From positions 1 through 30,571 of IMG/VR virus record IMGVR_UViG_3300045118_000099: a DNA stretch of 30,571 bases, one strand, 5' to 3'. The stretch is from a virus (taxonomy: Duplodnaviria > Caudoviricetes). Each line of letters opens with the position of its first letter. The first letter of the stretch is position 1. Made by a program: the position numbers and the translations under genes. Below are positions 17,631-26,756 of the stretch, one piece after another. The notes beneath the pieces were generated by a model. The model was given only the letters and a program-made list of their open reading frames with translations, was not told where the DNA came from and ran no database searches.

Positions 17631-19017
17631 TGTATCTTTCTATTATTGGAGCTTGATTAGCCCAAATGTCCTCTGCGATATCGTAAAATTCTCGCCCCCT
17701 ATTCATTTTAATTATTTTTTCTTTTTTAATTGTTTCACTTTTAATAGCTTGTGTCAACACTGCCGCATCAACACAATTCGGCGATGCCAAACCTTCTTTT
17801 AGCAAATCTTCTTTAGGCTGTATTCTAATCACTCCATCTTTATTTTGATATCTTATAGTTTCAAATTCATTCCAACCATAATTAGCCAATAGTCTTCCTC
17901 CTGATAACAACCATTGCCTTTCTCTCCAGTGCCATTCTGCTTTTAAATTTTGGAACATTTCATCTTCTGATTTCTCGCCAAACGATACACCCCTAACTGG
18001 ATAATCTAAATCTTTTAGCCTATCAAATACTCCCTGCCCTACTCCTGTTTTATCTATAACAATAAAATCTGCTTTGCAGTCTCTGTATTTTTCCATAATC
18101 ACTCCAACCAAATCCATTGTATTTTGCAGTTTCTGATTAAACAATATCTCTTGTAAATTTCCGCTTCTCAAAACTATTGCTGAATTATCACCGCCTGCAG
18201 CTGGGTCAACCCCTAAAATTCTATAACCTGAATGCTCGCCTTGTTGAACTATTACTGATTGATATTCTCTATCGTTTAATAACCTAATATATCCCTTCTC
18301 GTCTATTGCTTCGTCAAATGCGTCCCAATTGGCTTCTAAATAAGCTTTACGCTGTGCTTCTGGCAAACTTTCTAATGATTTATAATACTCTTGCGGTAAA
18401 TAAGGATTATCTGTTGGTAATGCCGGAACATACACAAACTCATATTGCTCTTTTTCTTCTGGCGGGAATAGTCTTTTAACCCACATATTCTTTACCCACG
18501 CCTCACCTATTGGATTGCAAGCGGCCATAAATCTAACATCTGGTATTCCTTCCCACCTTAAACGCTTTCTTAATTCTCTAAATGTGCTTATAGGATTTCT
18601 GTTTATCTCATCTACTCCCATTGCGGCAAACTCAACTGACAAATACTTTTCAGGGTCGTCTAAGTTTCTAAATGCTATAATTCCACTTCCGTATTCTGGG
18701 GCTAATGTAAACTCGTGTTTCGCTTCATTAAACTTACCTAACCAATGAGGAAACTCAAACTTAACTTTTGTCAAATGCCTATCATTAAGTGAAACATAAT
18801 CTTCGCAAAATAATCCTACTCTAACTCCTTTCTTATCATATTTAGAGTAAAACTTGGTAAGCCAATAAATCATCGACCATCTTAACCAGTGCGACTTACC
18901 ACTACCCAAACTCCCCCCATATAGCACAAATTTGAAACGCTTACTTGCATTTAATGCTTCAAGTTGCTTCGGTAAAAAGTGGCTCAACTCTGTAAATTTT
19001 ATAATTTCGTCTGCCAT
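17623..19017 (-). CDS. terL: Terminase large subunit
   Basis: Walker A YGGSLGSGKS, Walker B MGVDE, motif III ACNP, and RNase H-like nuclease motifs GVDPA.GGD, IDKTGVG, SPN.VDA. Confidence 0.95.
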   Translation of the reverse strand: MADEIIKFTELSHFLPKQLEALNASKRFKFVLYGGSLGSGKSHWLRWSMIYWLTKFYSKYDKKGVRVGLFCEDYVSLNDRHLTKVKFEFPHWLGKFNEAKHEFTLAPEYGSGIIAFRNLDDPEKYLSVEFAAMGVDEINRNPISTFRELRKRLRWEGIPDVRFMAACNPIGEAWVKNMWVKRLFPPEEKEQYEFVYVPALPTDNPYLPQEYYKSLESLPEAQRKAYLEANWDAFDEAIDEKGYIRLLNDREYQSVIVQQGEHSGYRILGVDPAAGGDNSAIVLRSGNLQEILFNQKLQNTMDLVGVIMEKYRDCKADFIVIDKTGVGQGVFDRLKDLDYPVRGVSFGEKSEDEMFQNLKAEWHWRERQWLLSGGRLLANYGWNEFETIRYQNKDGVIRIQPKEDLLKEGLASPNCVDAAVLTQAIKSETIKKEKIIKMNRGREFYDIAEDIWANQAPIIERYNG

Positions 19018-19564
19018 TTCCCTTAATTAAATTATCAATAGCCCATAATGGTTGTAAATTTGTATAATGAAATGCTTTCTTCTGTTGCTCTAAATCTGTT
19101 AAATCAAATTGGTCAAGTGGTATTTTATGGTCAATGTGCCAACCTTTTCTACCATAATTTTGCCAATTCATTCCTTGTGTAAATTGTTTTTCAATATAAA
19201 TTTTTAATTCTGGTATGCTACATCCTAAAAGTATTTCTGTTTGACAAATCTTTTTTGTTTTTTTCCTATACAATGCTCCCCACAAACGAGTTCTAAAATT
19301 ATGAGATAAGCGTGCCTGAATACTATTTTTTCTTTGTTGCACCATATATTCTCTATGATGCTTCATTTCTCTTTCTTTATTTTTTAATCTATAAAGAATT
19401 GCAGTAGCTTTTCTTCTTGCCCATCTAATAGGGTCGGCTTTTATTGCTTTATATTGCTCTTTTGAACGACGATTAGCTTCTGCACGATTATTTGCAGTCC
19501 ATATTCGCATATACTCTCTATTTCGTTTTCTCTTTCTCTCTAAAGCTGTTTCCATTCTATTCAT
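18959..19564 (-). CDS. HNH-type (endonuclease VII-like) putative homing endonuclease
   Basis: Basic helical N-terminus, then LLGCS..EL..YIEKQF..GMNWQNYG..GWHIDH.IP...FDL...FHYTNLQPLWA.DNL.K. Confidence 0.85.
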   Translation of the reverse strand: MNRMETALERKRKRNREYMRIWTANNRAEANRRSKEQYKAIKADPIRWARRKATAILYRLKNKEREMKHHREYMVQQRKNSIQARLSHNFRTRLWGALYRKKTKKICQTEILLGCSIPELKIYIEKQFTQGMNWQNYGRKGWHIDHKIPLDQFDLTDLEQQKKAFHYTNLQPLWAIDNLIKGNGRRNYKIYRVEPLFTEAT

Positions 19565-19823
19565 CTACTGAGATTACTTTTTTAGTTATCTCAATATCAC
19601 CCTCAACTTCTGTTTTGGGATTTCCTTCTCCCATCTTCCAAACATCTATTTTATTAAGCCCCTCTAAATATGCATCTAATTGTTCATCATCCATTTGAGC
19701 TAATCTCTCTTTTACTCTTTCTTTTAATGATTTACCACCAGCCCTACCATTAGGATTTGATATCTGTCCTTTCTTAAATTGGTATGGAAGCAAGTGTTCT
19801 GTTTTTGGATTTGGATTTGCCAT
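19557..19823 (-). CDS. Terminase small subunit-like protein (DUF5681-like)
   Basis: 88 aa with FKKGQISNPNGR motif, positioned upstream of TerL. Confidence 0.7.
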   Translation of the reverse strand: MANPNPKTEHLLPYQFKKGQISNPNGRAGGKSLKERVKERLAQMDDEQLDAYLEGLNKIDVWKMGEGNPKTEVEGDIEITKKVISVDE

Positions 19824-19836
19824 TTTAATTGCTTAC

Positions 19837-20607
19837 TTATAGACATAGTTGACTATATTTATTTTTGTGTTGTTTTAAATATTCCGGCCATTCACTCTCG
19901 TCTACTTTATACTTAAAATCTCTCCCCAAAAAGTCTTTGTTATTTTTTATATTATCCTCTAAATTATCTAAAACTTTGTTTGTTGCATAACTATCTTGCG
20001 TATAAGAATCAGTCAATTTATCCATTACCTTTTGAGTTCCGCCCATTGAGGTAAAATGCCAACCCCATTCTGTTTGTGTTTTAATATGATTAGTGCTTCT
20101 AAGATGATTTAAACATTTGCCTTGTATATTTTTACACTTTCCGACAATAGTTCCCCAAAATTGTTCTGTGCTTTTGTTATTAAGCCAATAAGTATAAACT
20201 CCTAATTTTAATTTGAAAATTGCCTTGTCGTCAACAGGGAATAAATTATAAATTTCATCAACATCTCCTATATATATTATATCATTTTTTTTAATATCTA
20301 TCAAGCAATCCTTAATGCTTTCTTTTTGGCACCACTCTCTCAGCCAATGTTTAGCTCCTTCGCCATAATTCGTATTAGGACTTTTCTTGGCTTCTTCCCA
20401 ATACTTGCCCCAAGTATCTTCTGTAATAAAATAATGTTTTACCTTATCCCAATTTTGATTAAACTTTTTTTCCTTTGGCTTACCTGAAAACGTTTTGTCA
20501 AACTCAATTACACGAAATTCGTCCACATAGTCTTTAAGTATGTTGTATCTAATTTCAAACAATTCCTGCTCGCCATTAAATGAAACCACATCAATTATTT
20601 TACTCAT
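19837..20607 (-). CDS. Glycosyltransferase family 17-like (beta-1,4-GlcNAc transferase/MGAT3-like)
   Basis: Motifs IID..SFNGE.EL.EIR..IL..YVD.F..IE...TFSG, GDVDEI, GWHF. Confidence 0.8.
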   Translation of the reverse strand: MSKIIDVVSFNGEQELFEIRYNILKDYVDEFRVIEFDKTFSGKPKEKKFNQNWDKVKHYFITEDTWGKYWEEAKKSPNTNYGEGAKHWLREWCQKESIKDCLIDIKKNDIIYIGDVDEIYNLFPVDDKAIFKLKLGVYTYWLNNKSTEQFWGTIVGKCKNIQGKCLNHLRSTNHIKTQTEWGWHFTSMGGTQKVMDKLTDSYTQDSYATNKVLDNLEDNIKNNKDFLGRDFKYKVDESEWPEYLKQHKNKYSQLCL

Positions 20608-21230
20608 GCCAACTTTGCAAACTTATTTTCTTTAATATAATACTTCAATTCTTCTCTTATTTTTTCATCAACCAACCTTCTATTCATACAAAATACATTT
20701 CTATAACCAATATACTCCATATCAAACCTGTTTTCCAATAAACGATGGAAGCAATCCTTATCATTCCAATGTTCGTATTGAATATACTTACAATTACTTA
20801 TTATCTCGCTTGCACCAATTAATACTTTGTAATCATAACCCTCTGTGTCTATTTTCAAAAAATCTATCTTTTTTATTTTATTTTCTTTTACATACCAATT
20901 AAGTGTTTTTATTGGCAATATTGAATTTACCTCTCCTGTTGGAGACGAACCATCAATAAACGCTTGATGTCCATTATTATAACCAACTTCACACTCTCTA
21001 TCTCCCAAACCATAATTATTCAAAAATACATTTTCTCTATTACCGACTATTCTTTTTAATTCTGCAAAAAATTCTGTGTTTGGCTCAAAAATATGCAATT
21101 TTATATTCGGCTTTAATTCTAAATACTCAACATCAATCCTTGCTCCTACGTCAAAAACAATCTTTATATTTTTCAATCTATTAAATAAATCTAATTCTGG
21201 TCGTGGAATTTTGTCTTGTTCTAATGCCAT
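20604..21230 (-). CDS. FkbM-family SAM-dependent methyltransferase
   Basis: Motifs VFDVGA, FEPN, IDFLKIDTEGYD..VL.GA, IQYE. Likely start at 21230 (the track gives 21254). Confidence 0.85.
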   Translation of the reverse strand: MALEQDKIPRPELDLFNRLKNIKIVFDVGARIDVEYLELKPNIKLHIFEPNTEFFAELKRIVGNRENVFLNNYGLGDRECEVGYNNGHQAFIDGSSPTGEVNSILPIKTLNWYVKENKIKKIDFLKIDTEGYDYKVLIGASEIISNCKYIQYEHWNDKDCFHRLLENRFDMEYIGYRNVFCMNRRLVDEKIREELKYYIKENKFAKLA

Positions 21231-21820
21231 AATAAATAATAACTTCTCTCGCAAAATTGTGCCTCTACGGGTTCTTTTGCATAAGGAAGATACGACCTCA
21301 TTTCTTTATAAAACTCTTTTGGATATCTATGCACTCTTTCTCTTGTAAGAATATAATTTCCGCCGGGACTAAAAGGAATATAGGCTGGTTTTGGTAATTT
21401 GAAATGGTCTGCCCATTCATTAAATGTTTTAAAATATTTTGTTGGAAATTGATTGGCATACCACGAATTGTTAATTTCTCTATACATTCCATTTTCATCA
21501 TACCAACATATTGGCATATATGTTTTATGATTTTGGGTGAGCAAAGGCGTAAAGTCCTTTCTATCCCTTATTATATCAAATTCTTCTTTGGAAATCGACT
21601 TAAACAGATTGGTCTTACTCCACAAAAATACATCTGGCAAGTTATCGTAATTATCCACCAAATATCCTAATCGGTCAAAATCCACTTGACCTATGTTTTC
21701 TGTCTTTATCGTATTTGGAAAATCAAAAGGTTTTTCAGAGCGGTCATAAATAAGCCAATCTGATGTATATTCTTTTACCCATTCAGGATTATTATTATAA
21801 CTTACAAGAATATATTTCAT
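21221..21820 (-). CDS. DUF3431-like putative glycosyltransferase-related protein
   Basis: Motifs LVSYN...EW, ENIG, YLVDNYDNLPD, FSPGG.Y...RE.V..YP.EFY, CER. Confidence 0.65.
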   Translation of the reverse strand: MKYILVSYNNNPEWVKEYTSDWLIYDRSEKPFDFPNTIKTENIGQVDFDRLGYLVDNYDNLPDVFLWSKTNLFKSISKEEFDIIRDRKDFTPLLTQNHKTYMPICWYDENGMYREINNSWYANQFPTKYFKTFNEWADHFKLPKPAYIPFSPGGNYILTRERVHRYPKEFYKEMRSYLPYAKEPVEAQFCERSYYLLWH

Positions 21821-22002
21821 TCTTTATACAAAATTTCAAGAGCTTTTTCTGTTAAAAAACAATCATTATTTTGTTCGTATTCTTTATCGCCATTTAAATG
21901 CTTTTTGGTTAATTTATAATTATTTTTATATCCCCACGGATGAGTATCATGCCAATGGTTGCATCCTTTTGGTATTTTTCTTTGATAAATTCCTGATGAC
22001 AT
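21817..22002 (-). CDS. Hypothetical protein
   Basis: 61 aa, fills the gap and is ATGA-coupled to the next gene. Confidence 0.5.
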   Translation of the reverse strand: MSSGIYQRKIPKGCNHWHDTHPWGYKNNYKLTKKHLNGDKEYEQNNDCFLTEKALEILYKE

Positions 22003-22003
22003 A

Positions 22004-22756
22004 TTAAATATAAAGAAATCTTTTGTAATAATTTTGGGGCAATGCCCACACTTTTGTATTTCTACGAGCCCAAAATTTCGGTGCTATTGTTAATCCTTTG
22101 TTTAACCATCTTGGCAATATAAAAAACGAACTATTGGCTATTATCGCATATTTTGCAAATCTCATTGAACGCCAGTTTATTCCAATATCGTGTATTACTT
22201 TATAATCAGGAAAAAACTCTTTTGCAGTTATTTCATCGTCAGTATGCACTTCAAACCTCATTTTAGGATTTATCTTTTTCATCATTTCAATTGCTTCATT
22301 CCAATATTCTTTTGTTAAAAATAAATCAGGAAAAACTTTAAACTCGCCACCCCTAAATCCTATAACACAAACATCATCAGACATTTCTAATGGTTCTACC
22401 TTCAACCATTCATTAACTTCTTTCTCATATTTTTCCCAATATCTTTCGTCTTGGAACTCACCATCTATAATTGTATTGTCCTCTATAAAATTAAACTCTG
22501 GGTCGTATGAACGAATATCTACTCCATTTTCTATAACCCTTTTTTCTTGCCATTGTTTCATATTTACAGACCAACCATCTATTATTGGCTGTTCTAAAAA
22601 AAACTTACCCTTAAAACCATGTTCTTTACCAGAACCATCTTCATTATAAATCATCTGATAGTCAACCCCCAATTCAAGAGCTTTAACTCTTGTAGCTACT
22701 AATCTGTGAAGTTGATTGCCCAAACCACTTCCTTGATGAAAATAACCTATAATCAT
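22004..22756 (-). CDS. Glycosyltransferase family 11-like (divergent)
   Basis: Motifs GSGLGNQL, GEFQDERY, IGFRGGEF (variant of HxRRGDY), IIANSSF. Confidence 0.75.
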   Translation of the reverse strand: MIIGYFHQGSGLGNQLHRLVATRVKALELGVDYQMIYNEDGSGKEHGFKGKFFLEQPIIDGWSVNMKQWQEKRVIENGVDIRSYDPEFNFIEDNTIIDGEFQDERYWEKYEKEVNEWLKVEPLEMSDDVCVIGFRGGEFKVFPDLFLTKEYWNEAIEMMKKINPKMRFEVHTDDEITAKEFFPDYKVIHDIGINWRSMRFAKYAIIANSSFFILPRWLNKGLTIAPKFWARRNTKVWALPQNYYKRFLYI

Positions 22757-23385
22757 AAAAACAATGAACCAAATTCTATATTTCTTCCTGGTTTTACTTT
22801 ATTATAATGAAAGGTAAATGGCTTATCCGCATCTTGATTTTCTGGTATTTCCAACTCTCTTCCAAAATGTTTAGCAACTTCCAATGGAGCAAACTTACAA
22901 CCTTGTTTTTCAAGCCACTTTCTATTATGACAACAAATAAATCCATCTTCGTTATAATTTCCAAAATATGGTTTCCACTCTTTTTGGGCCATTAAGTCCA
23001 TTAGTTTTTTACTTCGCAAAGAAACACTATTACCAACCCTAACTATTTCCCCTTCTTCGTCTCTGTAAGAAAACGAATCTTGTGGCAAAGGCCAGGGTGC
23101 ACCTATGTAATCATATTTCAACCACTCGTCTCGCCAACTTTCAGGATTAACTACAAATCCGTTCTCGTGAATCAAAAGACAAAAATCTGTTTCCACATAC
23201 TTTGGCATTTCATAAATCATAGCCTTACTCCAAGAATCAATGTCTTTAATTTCATCTAATTGAATATATTTAACTGCCCCAAACTCTATATTTTTACAAG
23301 AATAATTAAAAGCATTAACCATTTTATCGGTTCTATATCCTATTCCACTAAAACCTATTAAAGTAACATCAGGAAGTTTTATCAT
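22753..23385 (-). CDS. DUF5672-family putative glycosyltransferase
   Basis: Motifs YVETDFCLLI, YDYIGAPW, VGN.VSLRS, NEDGFIC, FAP.EVA..F. Likely start at 23385. Confidence 0.75.
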   Translation of the reverse strand: MIKLPDVTLIGFSGIGYRTDKMVNAFNYSCKNIEFGAVKYIQLDEIKDIDSWSKAMIYEMPKYVETDFCLLIHENGFVVNPESWRDEWLKYDYIGAPWPLPQDSFSYRDEEGEIVRVGNSVSLRSKKLMDLMAQKEWKPYFGNYNEDGFICCHNRKWLEKQGCKFAPLEVAKHFGRELEIPENQDADKPFTFHYNKVKPGRNIEFGSLFL

Positions 23386-24541
23386 AAAATTTCTTAAAAA
23401 CATCTACAATATATTTTAAATCCTTTGGCGTATAACGAGGATGCACCGTAAACCAAAGCGAATGCTTTAATATCCACTCTGACTCTTTCAAGCCTCCACT
23501 CTTTCTAAAAATACTATTCTGATAAGCCGGATGATAATCCACCCGACCAGTAAACATAGTTCTCGTCTCAATCCCATTTTTATCAAGCCATTCTATCAAT
23601 TCTGGTCGCCTACTTTGAACTGAAATAGGAAATCCAAACCAACAAATATCAGCTCCTTTAATCCATTTTGGCATAATTAACTCATCAAATTTACTCAATT
23701 CTTTGTATAAATAATTAAAGTTTCTTTTTCTTAATTTTTTAATCTTCTCTACTTTTCTTAATTGAACCCTACCCATAGCTGCTTGCAATTCAAGTGGTGA
23801 TAAGTTATATCCTATTTTCTCATAAATATAACGAGGGTTTTGGTCATAAGGCAATTTAGGATATTTAGTATTCTTTCTCATTTTCAAATTAGCTTGCCTA
23901 CCCCAATCTCGATACATTCTAACCTTTTGGGCCAATTCTTTATTATTCGTAAAAGTTCCACCACCTTGCCCCATTGCAATAATATGAGCTGCGTGAAAAC
24001 TCGTAAAGTTTATATGCCCAAAACTGCCAACTTTTTTGCCCTTAATGGTGCTACCCCAAGCATCACAGAAATCTTCTAATACTATTAAGTTTTTTTCCTT
24101 AGCCAAAGTCATTAAAGCAGGCATATTAACCACATTTCCCAAAAGGTGAACAGCTATTACAGCTTTTGTTTTTTCAGTAATAGCCTTTTTTACATCTTCT
24201 ACATCCAAACAATAAGTCCCTATTTTAGCGTCAATTACAACAGGCACTAACCCACATTGCAAAATTATATTAAATATAGTTGGAAATGTCACAGCTGGGA
24301 TAATCACTTCACTTCCTTTAGGTAATTCCAAAGCAGATAAAGCAAGCAATGCCGCAGATGAACCAGAATTGGCAAGTATTCCATATCTTACCTTTAAATA
24401 TTTAGCACATTCTTTTTCCATTAAATCCACTTCCTTATCAGCTTGCCACCAATTCCTATCAAGAACTTTATTTATTGCATCTCGTTCCTGTTTTCCGAAT
24501 AATGCCCCTCCATAAGTAAAACGATAATTATTATTTTTCAT
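23369..24541 (-). CDS. DegT/DnrJ-fold PLP enzyme, His-type NDP-4-keto-6-deoxyhexose 3-dehydratase (RfbH/DdhC- or ColD-like)
   Basis: Motifs NSGSSA.LLAL, TFPT, HLLGN, EDFCDA.G, SFHAAHIIAMGQGG (His at the Schiff-base Lys position), RDWGR, GYNL, WFGF, GIETR. Confidence 0.85.
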   Translation of the reverse strand: MKNNNYRFTYGGALFGKQERDAINKVLDRNWWQADKEVDLMEKECAKYLKVRYGILANSGSSAALLALSALELPKGSEVIIPAVTFPTIFNIILQCGLVPVVIDAKIGTYCLDVEDVKKAITEKTKAVIAVHLLGNVVNMPALMTLAKEKNLIVLEDFCDAWGSTIKGKKVGSFGHINFTSFHAAHIIAMGQGGGTFTNNKELAQKVRMYRDWGRQANLKMRKNTKYPKLPYDQNPRYIYEKIGYNLSPLELQAAMGRVQLRKVEKIKKLRKRNFNYLYKELSKFDELIMPKWIKGADICWFGFPISVQSRRPELIEWLDKNGIETRTMFTGRVDYHPAYQNSIFRKSGGLKESEWILKHSLWFTVHPRYTPKDLKYIVDVFKKFYDKTS

Positions 24542-25220
24542 CTAAGTAATCTTGCCATTTAATTGTATTTTTCCAATTAGGTGTTGTATTGGGCAACACA
24601 GCTTCTCTTGCCTCCTTGCGAGCTGGTGCAAACTTTATTTTCTTTCCTTTTGCAAGTTTTAAAACCGATGTGGCTTTTCCGTCTCCAAGACAATAAAATC
24701 TCTTATCCCAATCTTTTGCTAAAATTAACCCCTTAACTATATCATCAACATGCACATAACTTCTTGTCTGCATTCCATTTCCATAAACTATTACTTCGTC
24801 TTGTTCCTTAAAAATATCTATTACACTTTTACCACCCTTTTCTCCATAAACATTCGGCAACATACAAATTACATAATTATTGTGGAAATTTTGAATATAT
24901 TGCCCCGATGCCCACTTGGAAAAACCATAAGGTGATGTTTCAGGAGTTGCCGCAGACGCTGTATAAATAATCTTTGCATTAGGATATTCTCTTACCAGCC
25001 GAGCAGTCATTCTTAAATTATCCATATCGTGAACTGGGTCTTTCCAAGATGCTTCTACCGATGACTGGGCTGCTAAATGATAAATAACATCAATATCTTT
25101 TGGCAAATCACAAGTAATCAAGTTCTGTCCGTCTTTTAAATCAATTCCAATTCCACCTATCTTTTTAAAAAGGCGAGAACCAATCATACCCCGATATCCA
25201 GTAATTAAAATGTTTGACAT
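24531..25220 (-). CDS. Compact NAD-dependent epimerase/dehydratase (extended SDR)
   Basis: Motifs TGYRGMIG, HLAAQSSV..S, YGFSK (YxxxK), NVYG, RSYVHVDD. Confidence 0.85.
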   Translation of the reverse strand: MSNILITGYRGMIGSRLFKKIGGIGIDLKDGQNLITCDLPKDIDVIYHLAAQSSVEASWKDPVHDMDNLRMTARLVREYPNAKIIYTASAATPETSPYGFSKWASGQYIQNFHNNYVICMLPNVYGEKGGKSVIDIFKEQDEVIVYGNGMQTRSYVHVDDIVKGLILAKDWDKRFYCLGDGKATSVLKLAKGKKIKFAPARKEAREAVLPNTTPNWKNTIKWQDYLDEK

Positions 25221-26155
25221 AAATCTTTTATTATATCGCTAAGTGAATATTTATAATCCCATTCAGGATAATCCTTTCTAAACTTTGATATATCATGCAC
25301 ATCATATTTTCTGTCAGCCCACCTATTTTCTTTTAAATACTTTGATAAAAATGGCTTACCAACTTTTTTGCTTATTATTTCAGCAAACTCCTTAAGTGTT
25401 TTAGCTCTCTCTTTTCCTCCTCCCATATTATAAACTGCTGATATTTTTGGATTTTGAATAAAATGCCACATAGCATTAACTAAATCATAAGCATGCATCT
25501 GGTCTCTTACCTGTTCGCCATTAAAACCAAATATCCTGTATTTTTTACCTTCTTTTATACACTTCACAAGATAAGCCAAAAATCCATGCAATTCAGTTCC
25601 CTCGTGTGCTCTACCAGTAATACATCCACACCTAAAACAAGCAGTCTTTAAGCCATAACATCTGCCATATTCTTGAGTATATAGGTCTCCTGTAAGTTTA
25701 GAAACTCCAAATGGAGTTCTTGCTGTTTTATCCAATGGCACATTTTCATCCCATAAAGTTTCATTATTTCCTATATTTTCCCCATATACTTTATCGGTTG
25801 ACACATAAACAAATATAGCATTGGGACAATGCCTTCTCGTAGCGTCAAGCAAAGTGAATGTGCCAATCGCATTTATCATAAAATCTTCGGCTGGATGTTC
25901 TTTACTCCAATCGTGAGAAGCATTAGCAGCAGTATGAATTACCGCATCAAACTTATTTTTTTTAAAAAGTTCATCTATTCCAATAGCATCTCTTATGTCT
26001 AAAAATATATCAGGTTCTTTATCGGGTGTCCCTAAATTTATAGCTCTCATATTATTATCAATCCCAAAAACATTCCAATTTTTCTCTTTAAAAAACCTTA
26101 CAGCCTCTGAACCAACAAGACCAGTTGAACCAGTAATCAAAATAGTCTTTTTCAT
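25205..26155 (-). CDS. NAD-dependent epimerase, CDP-paratose 2-epimerase (tyvelose epimerase)-like
   Basis: Motifs TGSTGLVG, HTAA..SHD, STDKVYG, PFGVSK..GDLY.QEYGR.YG..T..FR.GCITG, QVRD. Likely start at 26155. Confidence 0.8.
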   Translation of the reverse strand: MKKTILITGSTGLVGSEAVRFFKEKNWNVFGIDNNMRAINLGTPDKEPDIFLDIRDAIGIDELFKKNKFDAVIHTAANASHDWSKEHPAEDFMINAIGTFTLLDATRRHCPNAIFVYVSTDKVYGENIGNNETLWDENVPLDKTARTPFGVSKLTGDLYTQEYGRCYGLKTACFRCGCITGRAHEGTELHGFLAYLVKCIKEGKKYRIFGFNGEQVRDQMHAYDLVNAMWHFIQNPKISAVYNMGGGKERAKTLKEFAEIISKKVGKPFLSKYLKENRWADRKYDVHDISKFRKDYPEWDYKYSLSDIIKDLCQTF

Positions 26156-26156
26156 A

Positions 26157-26750
26157 TTAGACAACAATCCAACCTTCATCAGTTGGATATTTAGTTCTTT
26201 CAACACCATCAGCATAATATTCTTTTGGCATAATTATTTTTTTATCCTCATTTGGGTTAAGAAACGCAGCCCACCAAGAAAAACTGCTATTTGCTCCAAT
26301 TAAACCCTGACAACTTGCCATGGCATTTAAGTCATCGACCTCATTTTGACCTTCCCAAATTTCAAACTTAACACCCTTCTTTGTCAACCATTCCGAAACC
26401 CATTGCCTATCTTGATAGTCATTAGTCCCCTGCCTATCCCTATAAAATACAAGAAATTTATCATTTGGAAATTGCTCTATTGCTTTGTCATAATAATTTG
26501 TATTTGTCAAATCAACATAAAAGGGATTATCAACATAATCACCTCTTCGGATATGCAAAGCAACAAATTCTTTTCTTTTACCAATTCCATCTTGATATAT
26601 TTTCCTTATTTCTTCTTTAAACTCTTTAAAATATTTAAAATCCTGAATATAAATATCTGGTATCAGTCCCTTGCGAACTTGTGAGTAGATATAGGCGAAC
26701 TGAAACATTCTATTACCTAAACCTCCCGAAATTTTACGAAATTCTTTCAT
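26157..26750 (-). CDS. Glycosyltransferase family 11 (alpha-1,2-fucosyltransferase-like)
   Basis: Motifs GGLGNRMFQ, HIRRGDY, ANSSFSWWAAFL. Confidence 0.9.
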   Translation of the reverse strand: MKEFRKISGGLGNRMFQFAYIYSQVRKGLIPDIYIQDFKYFKEFKEEIRKIYQDGIGKRKEFVALHIRRGDYVDNPFYVDLTNTNYYDKAIEQFPNDKFLVFYRDRQGTNDYQDRQWVSEWLTKKGVKFEIWEGQNEVDDLNAMASCQGLIGANSSFSWWAAFLNPNEDKKIIMPKEYYADGVERTKYPTDEGWIVV

Positions 26751-26756
26751 ATTATT

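Noticed and set aside
21817-22002. Possible homing-endonuclease remnant (MSSGIYQRK start)
   Set aside because: Only a vague N-terminal resemblance with no nuclease motif; kept as hypothetical.
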